Source: Pseudomonadota bacterium
GTDB lineage: Bacteria; Pseudomonadota; Gammaproteobacteria; Ga0077536
Reading direction: 5' to 3'
Assembly (NCBI GenBank): GCA_018668255.1
Contig: JABISZ010000073.1
Span: 35,185 to 99,184, forward strand
Length of the DNA stretch: 64,000 nucleotides
Of this stretch, positions 40,832 through 51,616 are shown one piece after another (within the stretch, counting starts at the first letter, position 1; every line of letters starts with the position of its first letter). The notes beneath the pieces are model-generated. The model saw only the letters and a program-made list of their open reading frames with translations. It was not told the origin of the DNA and ran no database searches. Both the position numbers and the translations under genes were made by a program.

Positions 40832-41914
40832 TTAATTCTGTTTCTTAGGTATGGTTAAATCAGAAATGCTGTCTAAAGGGGTCTTGATTTCTTTTTTCTT
40901 CAAGCCTAGAGCGCTTGTTTTAAACAGTAATTTGAGCGCAGTATTGGACATGGCGAAAAAACTAGTGGCGAGAGCAGTTATCTTCACACTCCTGCGTGAT
41001 ATTTTCACTTGAGAACCATGGGTGAAATTGGGGTTTTTCCAGATTTTTTTTATGGTCAATAATGACATTCCAAGCGCCCATAGGCAGAATCGCCTTATCC
41101 CTGTCTGGTTTCGGGGGAGCAGCAGAGTAAAGCTGAGGGCATTACTCAAATGCCCGGATGCAGTCGCAAGCATTTCAAGCATAAAGCTGCGGAAAGGCTC
41201 GCCACCATTTTCTGGGGCGAGTGTCTTGAACAACACTCCGTGTTTTTGTAACGTTGTGCCAGGGAGCCAACATGCGCCCCGTTCTCGATCGGTCCAAACG
41301 TCTTTTAGGATGTTGGTCATTTGTAGCGCCTGGCCAAATGAGACAGAGAGTTGAAGGAGTAGCTCTTTTTTTGGCTCTAGCTCGGGGCAGTAGTCACAAA
41401 ACAACTCAGCGAGCATTTCTCCAACGACGCCAGCAACATAATAGCAATACCGATCCATTTCATTCTGATCTGCTAAGCCGTCTAGTGTTTCTTTTTCTTG
41501 ATAATACATCATACCCTTGGTCATTGTCAGAACGCATCTGGTTATGGCCAATTTTTGTGTGGTACGTAAATCGCGTGTTATTCGCAGTACTCTTCCCGAG
41601 GACTCTATAAGTTCTTTTTCTGCGATAGGGGTGTCTGCCGCTAGACAAGCCGAGAGATCGTTTTCAAAAGGTATATGATCCTCGGCTCCCTGGAGGAGAG
41701 ATACGAACCAATCTGAAAATCTTACTTTTTGATCTTTAGACATTTCTGGATCATCTTCTATTGTGTCTGCGATCCGACATAATAAGTAAGCATTCCCAAC
41801 AGCTCGCCTAAGTACACCAGGCAGTTGAGGGATCGTTAATGCAAAGGTGCGAGACACACCAATGAGGATGTCCGCCTGGAACTGTTCATCTTCTATAGTA
41901 GGTGCTGTATCCAT
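40832..41914 (-). CDS. Squalene/phytoene synthase family enzyme (squalene synthase-like; HpnC/HpnD/Sqs family)
   Basis: 360 aa with both Asp-rich motifs (YLLCRIADTIEDD; YCYYVAGVVGEM..; NILKDVWTDRERGACWLP). There are no carotenoid genes nearby. It heads the hpnG-hpnN operon. Confidence 0.7.
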   Translation of the reverse strand: MDTAPTIEDEQFQADILIGVSRTFALTIPQLPGVLRRAVGNAYLLCRIADTIEDDPEMSKDQKVRFSDWFVSLLQGAEDHIPFENDLSACLAADTPIAEKELIESSGRVLRITRDLRTTQKLAITRCVLTMTKGMMYYQEKETLDGLADQNEMDRYCYYVAGVVGEMLAELFCDYCPELEPKKELLLQLSVSFGQALQMTNILKDVWTDRERGACWLPGTTLQKHGVLFKTLAPENGGEPFRSFMLEMLATASGHLSNALSFTLLLPRNQTGIRRFCLWALGMSLLTIKKIWKNPNFTHGSQVKISRRSVKITALATSFFAMSNTALKLLFKTSALGLKKKEIKTPLDSISDLTIPKKQN

Positions 41915-42218
41915 TTTCTATTACTTTTTTCAGTTGTTTCATCAGGTTTTAGTTTGGCTGCTGTCGCGCGTAGCGTTAGTTAAAAGTTTACTGCGCCGCT
42001 AATCGTTTTCGACGTATAATAGACTGCAACTGCATATTGATACGATTGGGCACATTTCAAGGTAATAATATCATGAGACTGAAACTCAGACGTGGTGCTT
42101 ATAGATTTATATGCTGCAGTGCAATATAATCGCTAATACCTAATGCTTTTCTTTTTTAGCAAAACATTACCTTCGGTATTCCTTTTCCACCCACAGAATT
42201 TAATTACGTTGTAATCAT

Positions 42219-44162
42219 ATGCCTTTATTTGATGAAGTTGTCCCCGTGCTCCGAGAAGCGTTAATTCGAAGAGAATACACCCACTTGACCCCCGTGCAGA
42301 ACTCTGTACTGGAGCCAGAACTAAAAGACAGAGATCTTTTGGTGTCGGCACAAACGGGGTCAGGTAAGACCGTTGCTTTTGGACTTGCAATGGCCTCTAC
42401 TTTGTTAGGAGAGAAAGAAAAATTTAGCTCCAGCCCTTCACCGGTCGCTTTAGTTATAGCTCCTACCCGAGAACTCGCCTTGCAGGTAAAGGCCGAATTA
42501 ATGTGGCTTTACAAAGGGACAGATGCGGCCATCTCTTCCTGCGTGGGCGGAATGGATATGCGGACTGAAAGGATGGCGTTATCTAGAAGCATCCACATCG
42601 TTGTTGGCACCCCCGGAAGACTTAAAGATCACCTTGAACGGGGATCTCTTAAATTACAAAATATCAAAACCGTCGTTCTAGATGAAGCCGACGAGATGTT
42701 GGACATGGGCTTTCGTGATGATTTGGAGTTTATACTGCAAACAATGCCTAAAAGCCGCCGTACTCTTATGTTTTCAGCTACTGTACCAAAACCTATTGTC
42801 ACTTTAGCCAAGAATTATCAGAACAAAGCTGTTCGGGTAAGTACTAAAGAGGAAGACAAACAACACGTTGATATTGACTACAAAGCCTACAATGTATCCG
42901 CAAAAAACCGTGAAGATGCTATTGCCAATGTTTTACGTTACTACGATGCGAAAAATGCGTTGATTTTTTGTGGGACGAGACGTGCAGTAAATGAGATGAC
43001 TAGTAAATTCGGCAATAAGGGCTTCTCTGTTGTCGCATTGTCGGGTGAGCTGAGTCAAAAAGAACGGACTTATGCGCTTAATTCGCTACGCAGCGGTAGT
43101 GCGAAGGTTTGTGTTGCGACTGATGTGGCGGCACGTGGTTTGGATCTGCCGAACTTAGAGTTAGTCATTCATGCTGATATTCCCAAAAACAGTCAAAATC
43201 TATTACATCGCAGCGGAAGGACAGGTCGAGCTGGTAGAAAAGGGACAACCGTACTTATGGTCCCGGGCAATGCTCGCCGTAGAACTGAAATTCTTTTTAA
43301 ACATGCAAATGTCAACGCAACGTGGGGTGCGCCTCCATCTGTGTCGGAGATTTTAAAGCGTGACGACCAAAAGATAGTGGAAGCACCTGAATTTCTAGAA
43401 CCTCTTGCGGAGAATGAGATTGAGCTAGTTAAACAGCTCATTGACTGTCATGGAGAAGAGAAAATCGCCGCTGCTTTTGTGCGCCTGTTTCGTGGTGGTC
43501 GACTGGCATCTATGGCGTTAAAAGATGTTCCAAGCGCAGACTCATCCAACGATAGGGAAAAAAGATCTGGATCGAATCATGCTTTTACACAAGGCGTTTG
43601 GTTTGCACTTTCTGCCGGTCGGAAAGACCACATTGAGGCACGTTGGTTGCTTCCTATGCTGTGTAAGGTAGGACGGCTCCAGCACGGAGACGTGGGGAAA
43701 ATTGTCATTAATGAAAAGGATACTCACGTTGAGTTCTCAAAAAAAGCTGCGGATCTTTTTTTAAAGGCCATCTCTCCCGAATTACTGCTCGAACAAGATA
43801 TCTCTGTCAAAAAATTACCTGATAGCTTCAAACCTCGTGATAATCGAGAAAGACGCTCTCGAGGGAATAGTTCTTCTGATAAGAAAGGATATAGCAGTAA
43901 AAGAAATCGAGGAGAGGTTTCCTCTGACATAAAGAAAAAACGCACTGCTAGTGATCATAAGGACCGAAAAAGAGCTAAGTTGGTGAGTGGCGAAGGGGAA
44001 AAGATTGTTAAATTATCTTCCTATCAGCCTTCCCAGAACAAAAAATTGGAGCACAAACAGTCTGAGCCTAGAGGGAAAGCAACGAAACCATTAAGAGGAC
44101 GGGCTGAGAGTAAGACAACTTCAACTTTTGAGAAACGTAAGCGAAGCGTCAAGAAAAAATGA
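42219..44162 (+). CDS. deaD: ATP-dependent DEAD-box RNA helicase with DbpA-type RNA-binding domain and basic tail (DeaD/CsdA-like)
   Basis: 647 aa with a Q-motif, AQTGSGKT, DEAD (VLDEADEMLDMGF), SAT and HRSGRTGRAGRKG. The C-terminal Lys/Arg-rich tail and the roughly 300-bp leader resemble deaD. Confidence 0.85.
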   Translation: MPLFDEVVPVLREALIRREYTHLTPVQNSVLEPELKDRDLLVSAQTGSGKTVAFGLAMASTLLGEKEKFSSSPSPVALVIAPTRELALQVKAELMWLYKGTDAAISSCVGGMDMRTERMALSRSIHIVVGTPGRLKDHLERGSLKLQNIKTVVLDEADEMLDMGFRDDLEFILQTMPKSRRTLMFSATVPKPIVTLAKNYQNKAVRVSTKEEDKQHVDIDYKAYNVSAKNREDAIANVLRYYDAKNALIFCGTRRAVNEMTSKFGNKGFSVVALSGELSQKERTYALNSLRSGSAKVCVATDVAARGLDLPNLELVIHADIPKNSQNLLHRSGRTGRAGRKGTTVLMVPGNARRRTEILFKHANVNATWGAPPSVSEILKRDDQKIVEAPEFLEPLAENEIELVKQLIDCHGEEKIAAAFVRLFRGGRLASMALKDVPSADSSNDREKRSGSNHAFTQGVWFALSAGRKDHIEARWLLPMLCKVGRLQHGDVGKIVINEKDTHVEFSKKAADLFLKAISPELLLEQDISVKKLPDSFKPRDNRERRSRGNSSSDKKGYSSKRNRGEVSSDIKKKRTASDHKDRKRAKLVSGEGEKIVKLSSYQPSQNKKLEHKQSEPRGKATKPLRGRAESKTTSTFEKRKRSVKKK

Positions 44163-44232
44163 ACTTGTACTTGCACTTGCACTAGATCTTTTTATCGATT
44201 GAGCCTTATAAGATGTATGTTCGTATAAATCT

Positions 44233-44703
44233 GTGAATAAAATTTATGAGGCCACTATGAAAACTCTGCGCTACTTTGCAATTACACTTTTAATGTTTCC
44301 ACTACAGTTACTCGCCGGAACTTGCGAGGTGACTCTAAGCGGGTCAGACTCCATGAAGTACGATGTGAATGAGATAAAAGTCGATGCCTCATGTGGTGAG
44401 TTCAAACTTGTGTTGAACCATAGTGGAAAGCTTCCAGCAAATATTATGGGTCACAATGTAGTCGTCGTTAAAGAGAGTGACTTTCAAATCGTTGTAGGGT
44501 CTATTAATATGGCTCATGGTGCCGATAGCGGATATCTACCCTCGGATGCTCCAGTGTTACTGAAAACTGGCTTGATTGGTGGTGGTGAGACAACTGAAGT
44601 CACTGTCAATGCTAGCGCATTCAAGACAGGTGAGTCGTATACGTTCTTTTGTAGCTTCCCCGGTCATTATGCAATGATGAAGGGCGCTTTCTCCCTCAAC
44701 TAG
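44233..44703 (+). CDS. azu: Azurin (type 1 blue copper protein)
   Basis: 156 aa with a signal peptide. Cu ligands sit in a conserved context (MGHNVVV; FFCSFPGHYAMMKG, i.e. His, Cys, His, Met), and the Cys pair (ASCGEF) forms the disulfide. Confidence 0.92.
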   Translation: MNKIYEATMKTLRYFAITLLMFPLQLLAGTCEVTLSGSDSMKYDVNEIKVDASCGEFKLVLNHSGKLPANIMGHNVVVVKESDFQIVVGSINMAHGADSGYLPSDAPVLLKTGLIGGGETTEVTVNASAFKTGESYTFFCSFPGHYAMMKGAFSLN

Positions 44704-44906
44704 CTCTGCGTTTCACCTGACATATCGTTGCATGAGACGGCCTTAAATTTGTGCCTTAGACAATATGAATTGTATTACCTCAGCCAAGAAGTCAGGCTCT
44801 GAGGGTCTATTCTATTGGACTCTATGTAGTGTGCGTAATATAGTGAGATGTGTTTTCGACCAGTCCGCTGTTTTGCGCAGTATAACTAGACATCCAGGGT
44901 GACAAT

Positions 44907-45812
44907 ATGAAACTTAAACTAGCACTAATTACTCTAATCCTATTGCTTCTATGCCTCGCAAATGTGGGTGCTGAGACAGAGACTACCTGTACTAGAAATG
45001 CCGGGGGAGCCATAATAGCCGGAGTGGGTGGCGTAGTTGTGACTGATACAGATGGGAATACGGGGTCCGCGTGTAAAGAGTTACCAGATAATTATAAAAT
45101 AAATATTTTCCGTTTTGGGTTGTGCACAGCTGACCCTTATAACGCTACTAGCGATCTGGAAAGCTGCTCCTTTTTGGTCAAGAGCGATACCGGTGTGCCG
45201 CATGAGATCGCATATCCTGCAAAAGCTGATATGGCTACCAATAGTCAAATAGAACTTGGTACTTATAGTCATATGGTCTTGGTGTTAGAAAATAAGCTAG
45301 GCGTCAAGCATACTGAGGAATATAGCACGACTCTTTACGGGGCGACGGGCTCTGGAACATCATGTTGGACTATTGATAGCACTACAGCTTATGCCGGACA
45401 GCGTTCTGGGACGGTAGAGGCAAATCCCGAGAACCCTGCTATGGATTGCGGAGATACTCCAGCGCCCGCCTATACTTATGAGGTCTACGACTCTATGGGT
45501 GACGGTGGTGACGATGCTGTTTTTAGAGGGGAAGGTGAAGGTGGTTTTGAGATGCCAGCTGGTACCATGCGAGCCAAATTATTAAAAGCCGATCTGACAC
45601 CTGCTACAAATTTTGAAAATGCCGAGCGGATTTTAGTCGGTATCGCATTAACGACCGCGAAGACCATTGATACGAGTACTGCTGGGTTTGAAATACGTTT
45701 CAAGATGACCGATTCAGTAAGTGTTGATCTGGCTTATGTGGAAGATACCGACCGTATATACGCTATCAAGGTTGGTGCCGATCCATTTCAAATAGATCTC
45801 ATCGTTAAGTAA
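44907..45812 (+). CDS. Hypothetical secreted protein (Thr/Gly/Asp-rich, signal peptide)
   Basis: 301 aa with a clear signal peptide (MKLKLALITLILLLLCLANVGA/ETETT) and several Cys residues. I recognise no family. Confidence 0.5.
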   Translation: MKLKLALITLILLLLCLANVGAETETTCTRNAGGAIIAGVGGVVVTDTDGNTGSACKELPDNYKINIFRFGLCTADPYNATSDLESCSFLVKSDTGVPHEIAYPAKADMATNSQIELGTYSHMVLVLENKLGVKHTEEYSTTLYGATGSGTSCWTIDSTTAYAGQRSGTVEANPENPAMDCGDTPAPAYTYEVYDSMGDGGDDAVFRGEGEGGFEMPAGTMRAKLLKADLTPATNFENAERILVGIALTTAKTIDTSTAGFEIRFKMTDSVSVDLAYVEDTDRIYAIKVGADPFQIDLIVK

Positions 45813-45839
45813 AGCGTCTAAAAAGGCATTCATTCGTAG

Positions 45840-46907
45840 TTGGCGTTGATGAAACTAGAGACGCTCTTACCTTTAGGAAAAGTTGACCCGGGTCTGCGAG
45901 AACCAGTGGCCCCGTTTGATCTTCAGACTATCGGTCGAGAGTCTCATAAAGCGGAAGAGCTTGGTTACGACAGTATTATGTTTGAGGAGACGAAGTTCGA
46001 TCCTTACGTGGTGATGGCCTTGGCCGCTAACGCCACGAGAAACGTCGGTATCGGTACAGCGGTTGCGATCGCTTTTCCACGAAGTCCTGCGGTGACGGCC
46101 ATGAGTGCTTGGACTTTACAAAGCCTCTCAGGCGGACGCTTCATACTAGGATTGGGGACGCAAGTTCGAGCTCATATCGAACGTCGCTATGGTTTAAAAT
46201 GGTCCCCTGCGGGACCTTGGATGCGCGAGTATGTCCTTGCCGTCAAAGAGATCTGGCGAGCATGGCAAAGTTCTGAACAACCTGATTTCAGTGGACAGCA
46301 TTACAACATAAACCTCGCAGTGCCTCTGTTCGATCCAGGTCCCATTGACACCCCTGATATTCCAATCCATTTGGCCGCAGTCAACTCATACATGTGTGAA
46401 GTTGCCGGCGAGGTTTCCGAGGGGTTGAGGCCACATCCTGTTTGTACTGCAGAATATATTAAAAATGTTATGTGGCCTGCCGTTCATCGTGGCGCAGGGA
46501 ACTCGTCTCGCTCAATAAAAGATTTTTCCATGAGTATTAAACCTCTTATCGCGACCGCCCCTGATGAAGAGAGCCTTCAGGCCAAAATAAGAGATATACG
46601 AGCTCGAGTTGCGTTCTATGCTTCTACCCCAGCATATAGGGCAGCTTTTGAAGCACATGGGCTAGAGAGCTTGGCAGATGAGCTTAAGCTGCTGTCTCGC
46701 GCCCAGCGATGGGAGGAAATGCCTTCACGAATCTCAGATGACGTTCTAAATCAATACGCATGCGTTGGTACCTACGATAATATTGTTGCTATTCTCAAAG
46801 ATAGGTACGCTGATATTGTTACAAACGTTGAATTTAGTATTCCCGTCAATACTCCAGAAGATGGAGATATTTTGAGAGGAATGATTAGTGAGTTACGTTC
46901 GACTTAG
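45840..46907 (+). CDS. Luciferase-like monooxygenase (LLM) family flavin/F420-dependent oxidoreductase
   Basis: 355 aa with a TIM-barrel LLM pattern (GYDSIMFEE..., GRFILGLGTQV) and sequence resemblance to the F420-dependent LLM subclass. Confidence 0.6.
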   Translation: MALMKLETLLPLGKVDPGLREPVAPFDLQTIGRESHKAEELGYDSIMFEETKFDPYVVMALAANATRNVGIGTAVAIAFPRSPAVTAMSAWTLQSLSGGRFILGLGTQVRAHIERRYGLKWSPAGPWMREYVLAVKEIWRAWQSSEQPDFSGQHYNINLAVPLFDPGPIDTPDIPIHLAAVNSYMCEVAGEVSEGLRPHPVCTAEYIKNVMWPAVHRGAGNSSRSIKDFSMSIKPLIATAPDEESLQAKIRDIRARVAFYASTPAYRAAFEAHGLESLADELKLLSRAQRWEEMPSRISDDVLNQYACVGTYDNIVAILKDRYADIVTNVEFSIPVNTPEDGDILRGMISELRST

Positions 46908-47156
46908 TACAGGGCTAGCCGCAATGAGCCTCAGTTTTTCTGCTCGAGAGAGCTTTTTGATGCTCGATTCTCGTTTTTGAGCCGCGCTACGATCAATGGC
47001 GGTTTCTGAATAGACGTGTTCGAGAGGTCCGCGACCTTTGGTATATTTTGCCCCATGCCCACTAGTATGGGCGATAAGGCGCTTTTTTATGTTGTTGGTG
47101 ATACCTGTATATAACGAACCGTCGCCACATTTTAATATATAGATGTTCCAGACCAT
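46893..47156 (-). CDS. GIY-YIG nuclease family protein (UPF0213/YhbQ-like)
   Basis: 87 aa beginning WNIYILKCGDGSLYTGITNNIKKRLIAH, a GIY..YIG motif. Confidence 0.75.
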   Translation of the reverse strand: MVWNIYILKCGDGSLYTGITNNIKKRLIAHTSGHGAKYTKGRGPLEHVYSETAIDRSAAQKRESSIKKLSRAEKLRLIAASPVLSRT

Positions 47157-47168
47157 TTCAGTTTTGCG

Positions 47169-48122
47169 TTAGAAATCGCGCGTGAAAGAAAATTGTGCTA
47201 GGTCCTCCAGCGCTTCTTTATATGGACTTGGAGGCACGTCTTTAATCGAAGCAAGCGCGCTTTTAGCCTCTTCTTCTGCTAAATTCTTGGTATAAGAAAT
47301 GGCACTTGTAGACTCTATAGCGGTAGTTATAACTGAAAGCTGATCCAAGCCTCCTGTTTTAATTGCCTCGCGAATAGTGTCCGCCTGTCCCGCAGTTCCA
47401 TGCCACATAGCGTATAACAAAGGGAGAGTTGGCTTGCCTTCTGAAAGATCGTCACCAATATTTTTTCCTAGCTTCTCTGGAGACGAACTATAATCAAGAG
47501 CATCATCAGCTAATTGGAATGCTGTGCCGAGATGCATTCCATATGCGTTCATGGCTGTGGTAGTCTTGTCACTTCCTCCAGACAGAATAGCCCCTAAGCC
47601 CGATGCGGCCTCAAAAAGTTTTGCTGTTTTATTCCTAATTGTGTCTAAATATCTAAGTTCCGTAATATCTGGGTCATGACAATTAACCAACTGCATTACT
47701 TCGCCTTCCGCGATGACGTTGGTAGCGTCAGCTAAAACACCCAAGATTTTATTATTGTTTAAAGTCACCATCATTTGGAAGGCCCGCGAATATAGGAAAT
47801 CCCCTACTAGTACACTTGCTTCGGTCCCCCAGAGATCGTTTGCCGTTTGCCGCCCCCTTCGGAGCTTGCTGCTGTCGACAACATCATCGTGTAGCAGTGT
47901 TGCGGTGTGAACGAGCTCTAAAATAGCGGCGATATCGATGTGCTGTTGCCCTGAATATCCCAGTGATTTGGCGCTTAAAAGAGCGATTAGAGGACGTATT
48001 CTTTTGCCTCCTCCCTGAATGATATATGCGCCAAGTTGGTTGATAAGCTGGATCTCAGACGTTAAATTAGCCATTAGCAGAGCATCTACTTTGTCTGCTT
48101 CTTCTGAAACAAGGGCTCTCAT
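47169..48122 (-). CDS. ispB: Octaprenyl diphosphate synthase (polyprenyl synthetase)
   Basis: 317 aa with LLHDDVVD and DDALD Asp-rich motifs. It is divergent from rplU, as in E. coli. Confidence 0.9.
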   Translation of the reverse strand: MRALVSEEADKVDALLMANLTSEIQLINQLGAYIIQGGGKRIRPLIALLSAKSLGYSGQQHIDIAAILELVHTATLLHDDVVDSSKLRRGRQTANDLWGTEASVLVGDFLYSRAFQMMVTLNNNKILGVLADATNVIAEGEVMQLVNCHDPDITELRYLDTIRNKTAKLFEAASGLGAILSGGSDKTTTAMNAYGMHLGTAFQLADDALDYSSSPEKLGKNIGDDLSEGKPTLPLLYAMWHGTAGQADTIREAIKTGGLDQLSVITTAIESTSAISYTKNLAEEEAKSALASIKDVPPSPYKEALEDLAQFSFTRDF

Positions 48123-48330
48123 TTCTTCAATATTTTTTTTGATAACTTCACTCTCTATAATTAAGCATTTTGAAATTTCTTAGGGGCTGTAGCTAAGCCT
48201 TTGCCATGTCACTGCAAAGAAACCCATTGTATTATGCTAATTCTTCTTGTTTCCAGTTGTCTATTTACGTAGAATCGCCCCCCACGTAAAAGTATTTCGC
48301 TATATATTGATATTAGCATTGGTAAAAATT

Positions 48331-48645
48331 ATGCATGCAGTTATAAAGACCGGGGGTAAACAGTACCGAGTTAGCCCTGGTGACAAGTTGAACGTAGAGA
48401 CTTTATTGAGTGACGCTGGTAGCGACTTCCATTTCAACGAAGTTTTAATGATTTCGGACGGGGATGACATTTCTGTTGGCGCTCCTATGTTAGAGGGTGC
48501 GAGTGTTATCGCAAAAGTCATCGAGCATGGGCGCGGTGACAAAATAAGAATCGTGAAGTTTAAAAGGCGTAAACACTACCGTCGGCAGATGGGACATCGT
48601 CAGAACTATACTAGAGTAGAAATAGTCAGCGTAGAGAGAGGCTAA
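48331..48645 (+). CDS. rplU: 50S ribosomal protein L21
   Basis: The conserved start [14 protein letters not shown] is internal to the listed ORF (48247..48645), so the likely start is 48331. Confidence 0.93.
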   Translation: MHAVIKTGGKQYRVSPGDKLNVETLLSDAGSDFHFNEVLMISDGDDISVGAPMLEGASVIAKVIEHGRGDKIRIVKFKRRKHYRRQMGHRQNYTRVEIVSVERG

Positions 48646-48649
48646 AGAT

Positions 48650-48907
48650 ATGGCACATAAAAAAGCAGGTGGTAGTACTCGAAACGGAAGAGATTCAGAG
48701 TCCAAACGACTGGGTGTAAAAAAGTATGGTGGGGAAGCTGTTGTTGCTGGTAACATTTTAGTTCGGCAACGAGGTACGCATTTTCACGCAGGAGTTAACG
48801 TAGGGATCGGGAGAGATCACACGTTGTTTGCTAAAAATGATGGTGAGGTTATTTTCCAAAGGAAAGGACCGCTAAATAGACGTTTTGTGAGTGTAATAAA
48901 CGGATAA
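48650..48907 (+). CDS. rpmA: 50S ribosomal protein L27
   Basis: 85 aa beginning [28 protein letters not shown]. Confidence 0.97.
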   Translation: MAHKKAGGSTRNGRDSESKRLGVKKYGGEAVVAGNILVRQRGTHFHAGVNVGIGRDHTLFAKNDGEVIFQRKGPLNRRFVSVING

Positions 48908-48930
48908 TTCAACTGTTTATGACAAGGCAC

Positions 48931-48962
48931 AAAAAACCCCGTTTTAACGGGGTTTTTTGTAT
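48931..48962 (+). terminator. Rho-independent terminator/attenuator between rpmA and obg
   Basis: The sequence is AAAAACCCCG-ttttaa-CGGGGTTTTTTGT: a GC stem with flanking A/T runs and a T-tract, 24 bp after the rpmA stop. Confidence 0.6.
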
Positions 48963-48988
48963 GTGTTTGATTTATTGACTATGTGTGA

Positions 48989-51171
<2,183 letters not shown>

Positions 51172-51203
51172 CTTAAAGCTTTCACCATTTCCTTCGTTAC
51201 AGT

Positions 51204-51467
51204 TCAAGACATTTGTTGAATTTTAGCACTAAGCCTAGATTTGTATCTTGCCGCCTTGTTCGCATGGATAATCTTGTTGCCAGACATCTTGTCTAATACA
51301 GGCGCTGCCAAAGCATACGCTTCGGCCGCTAAAGACTTATCTCCTGCATCAATTGCTTTGAGAACGTTCTTAAGTCGTGTGCGCAGGAACGACCGTCGGC
51401 TAGCGTTATGTTGACGTCTTTTTTCTGACTGACGTGCGCGTTTTTTTGCTTGGGCTGAGTTCGCCAA
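51204..51467 (-). CDS. rpsT: 30S ribosomal protein S20
   Basis: The ORF track gives 51204..51488. The conserved S20 N-terminus (ANSAQAKKRARQSEKRR) begins at an in-frame TTG, 7 codons inside the listed start. The classic rpsT start is a non-ATG codon. Confidence 0.85.
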   Translation of the reverse strand: MANSAQAKKRARQSEKRRQHNASRRSFLRTRLKNVLKAIDAGDKSLAAEAYALAAPVLDKMSGNKIIHANKAARYKSRLSAKIQQMS

Positions 51468-51616
51468 TTGGTTAATCTCCAAAATCACTGTTAGGAGGGG
51501 CGAAACTATGCTGTTTTACGACGTAATTGTCAATGGGAAAGAGGCGCGGGATTGAAAAAATACAATGTATAATGCTGTAATTGGTGCAATTCGCTGTTTA
51601 TATAAAGGAAAATTGC

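Noticed and set aside
41915-42218. 300-bp intergenic region upstream of deaD checked for a tRNA or riboswitch
   Set aside because: I saw no T-loop (GTTCGAATC-like) or acceptor-stem symmetry. It is more consistent with the long cold-shock-type 5' leader known for deaD.
44163-44232. ACTTGC tandem and TGCA mini-palindromes with a T-run after deaD, as a possible terminator
   Set aside because: The stem is too short and AT-poor for a confident rho-independent terminator. It is only weakly hairpin-like.
44822-45013. 63-aa minus-strand ORF overlapping the start of the secreted-protein gene
   Set aside because: It overlaps the signal-peptide-coding start of a better-supported plus-strand gene. There is no RBS and no family resemblance.
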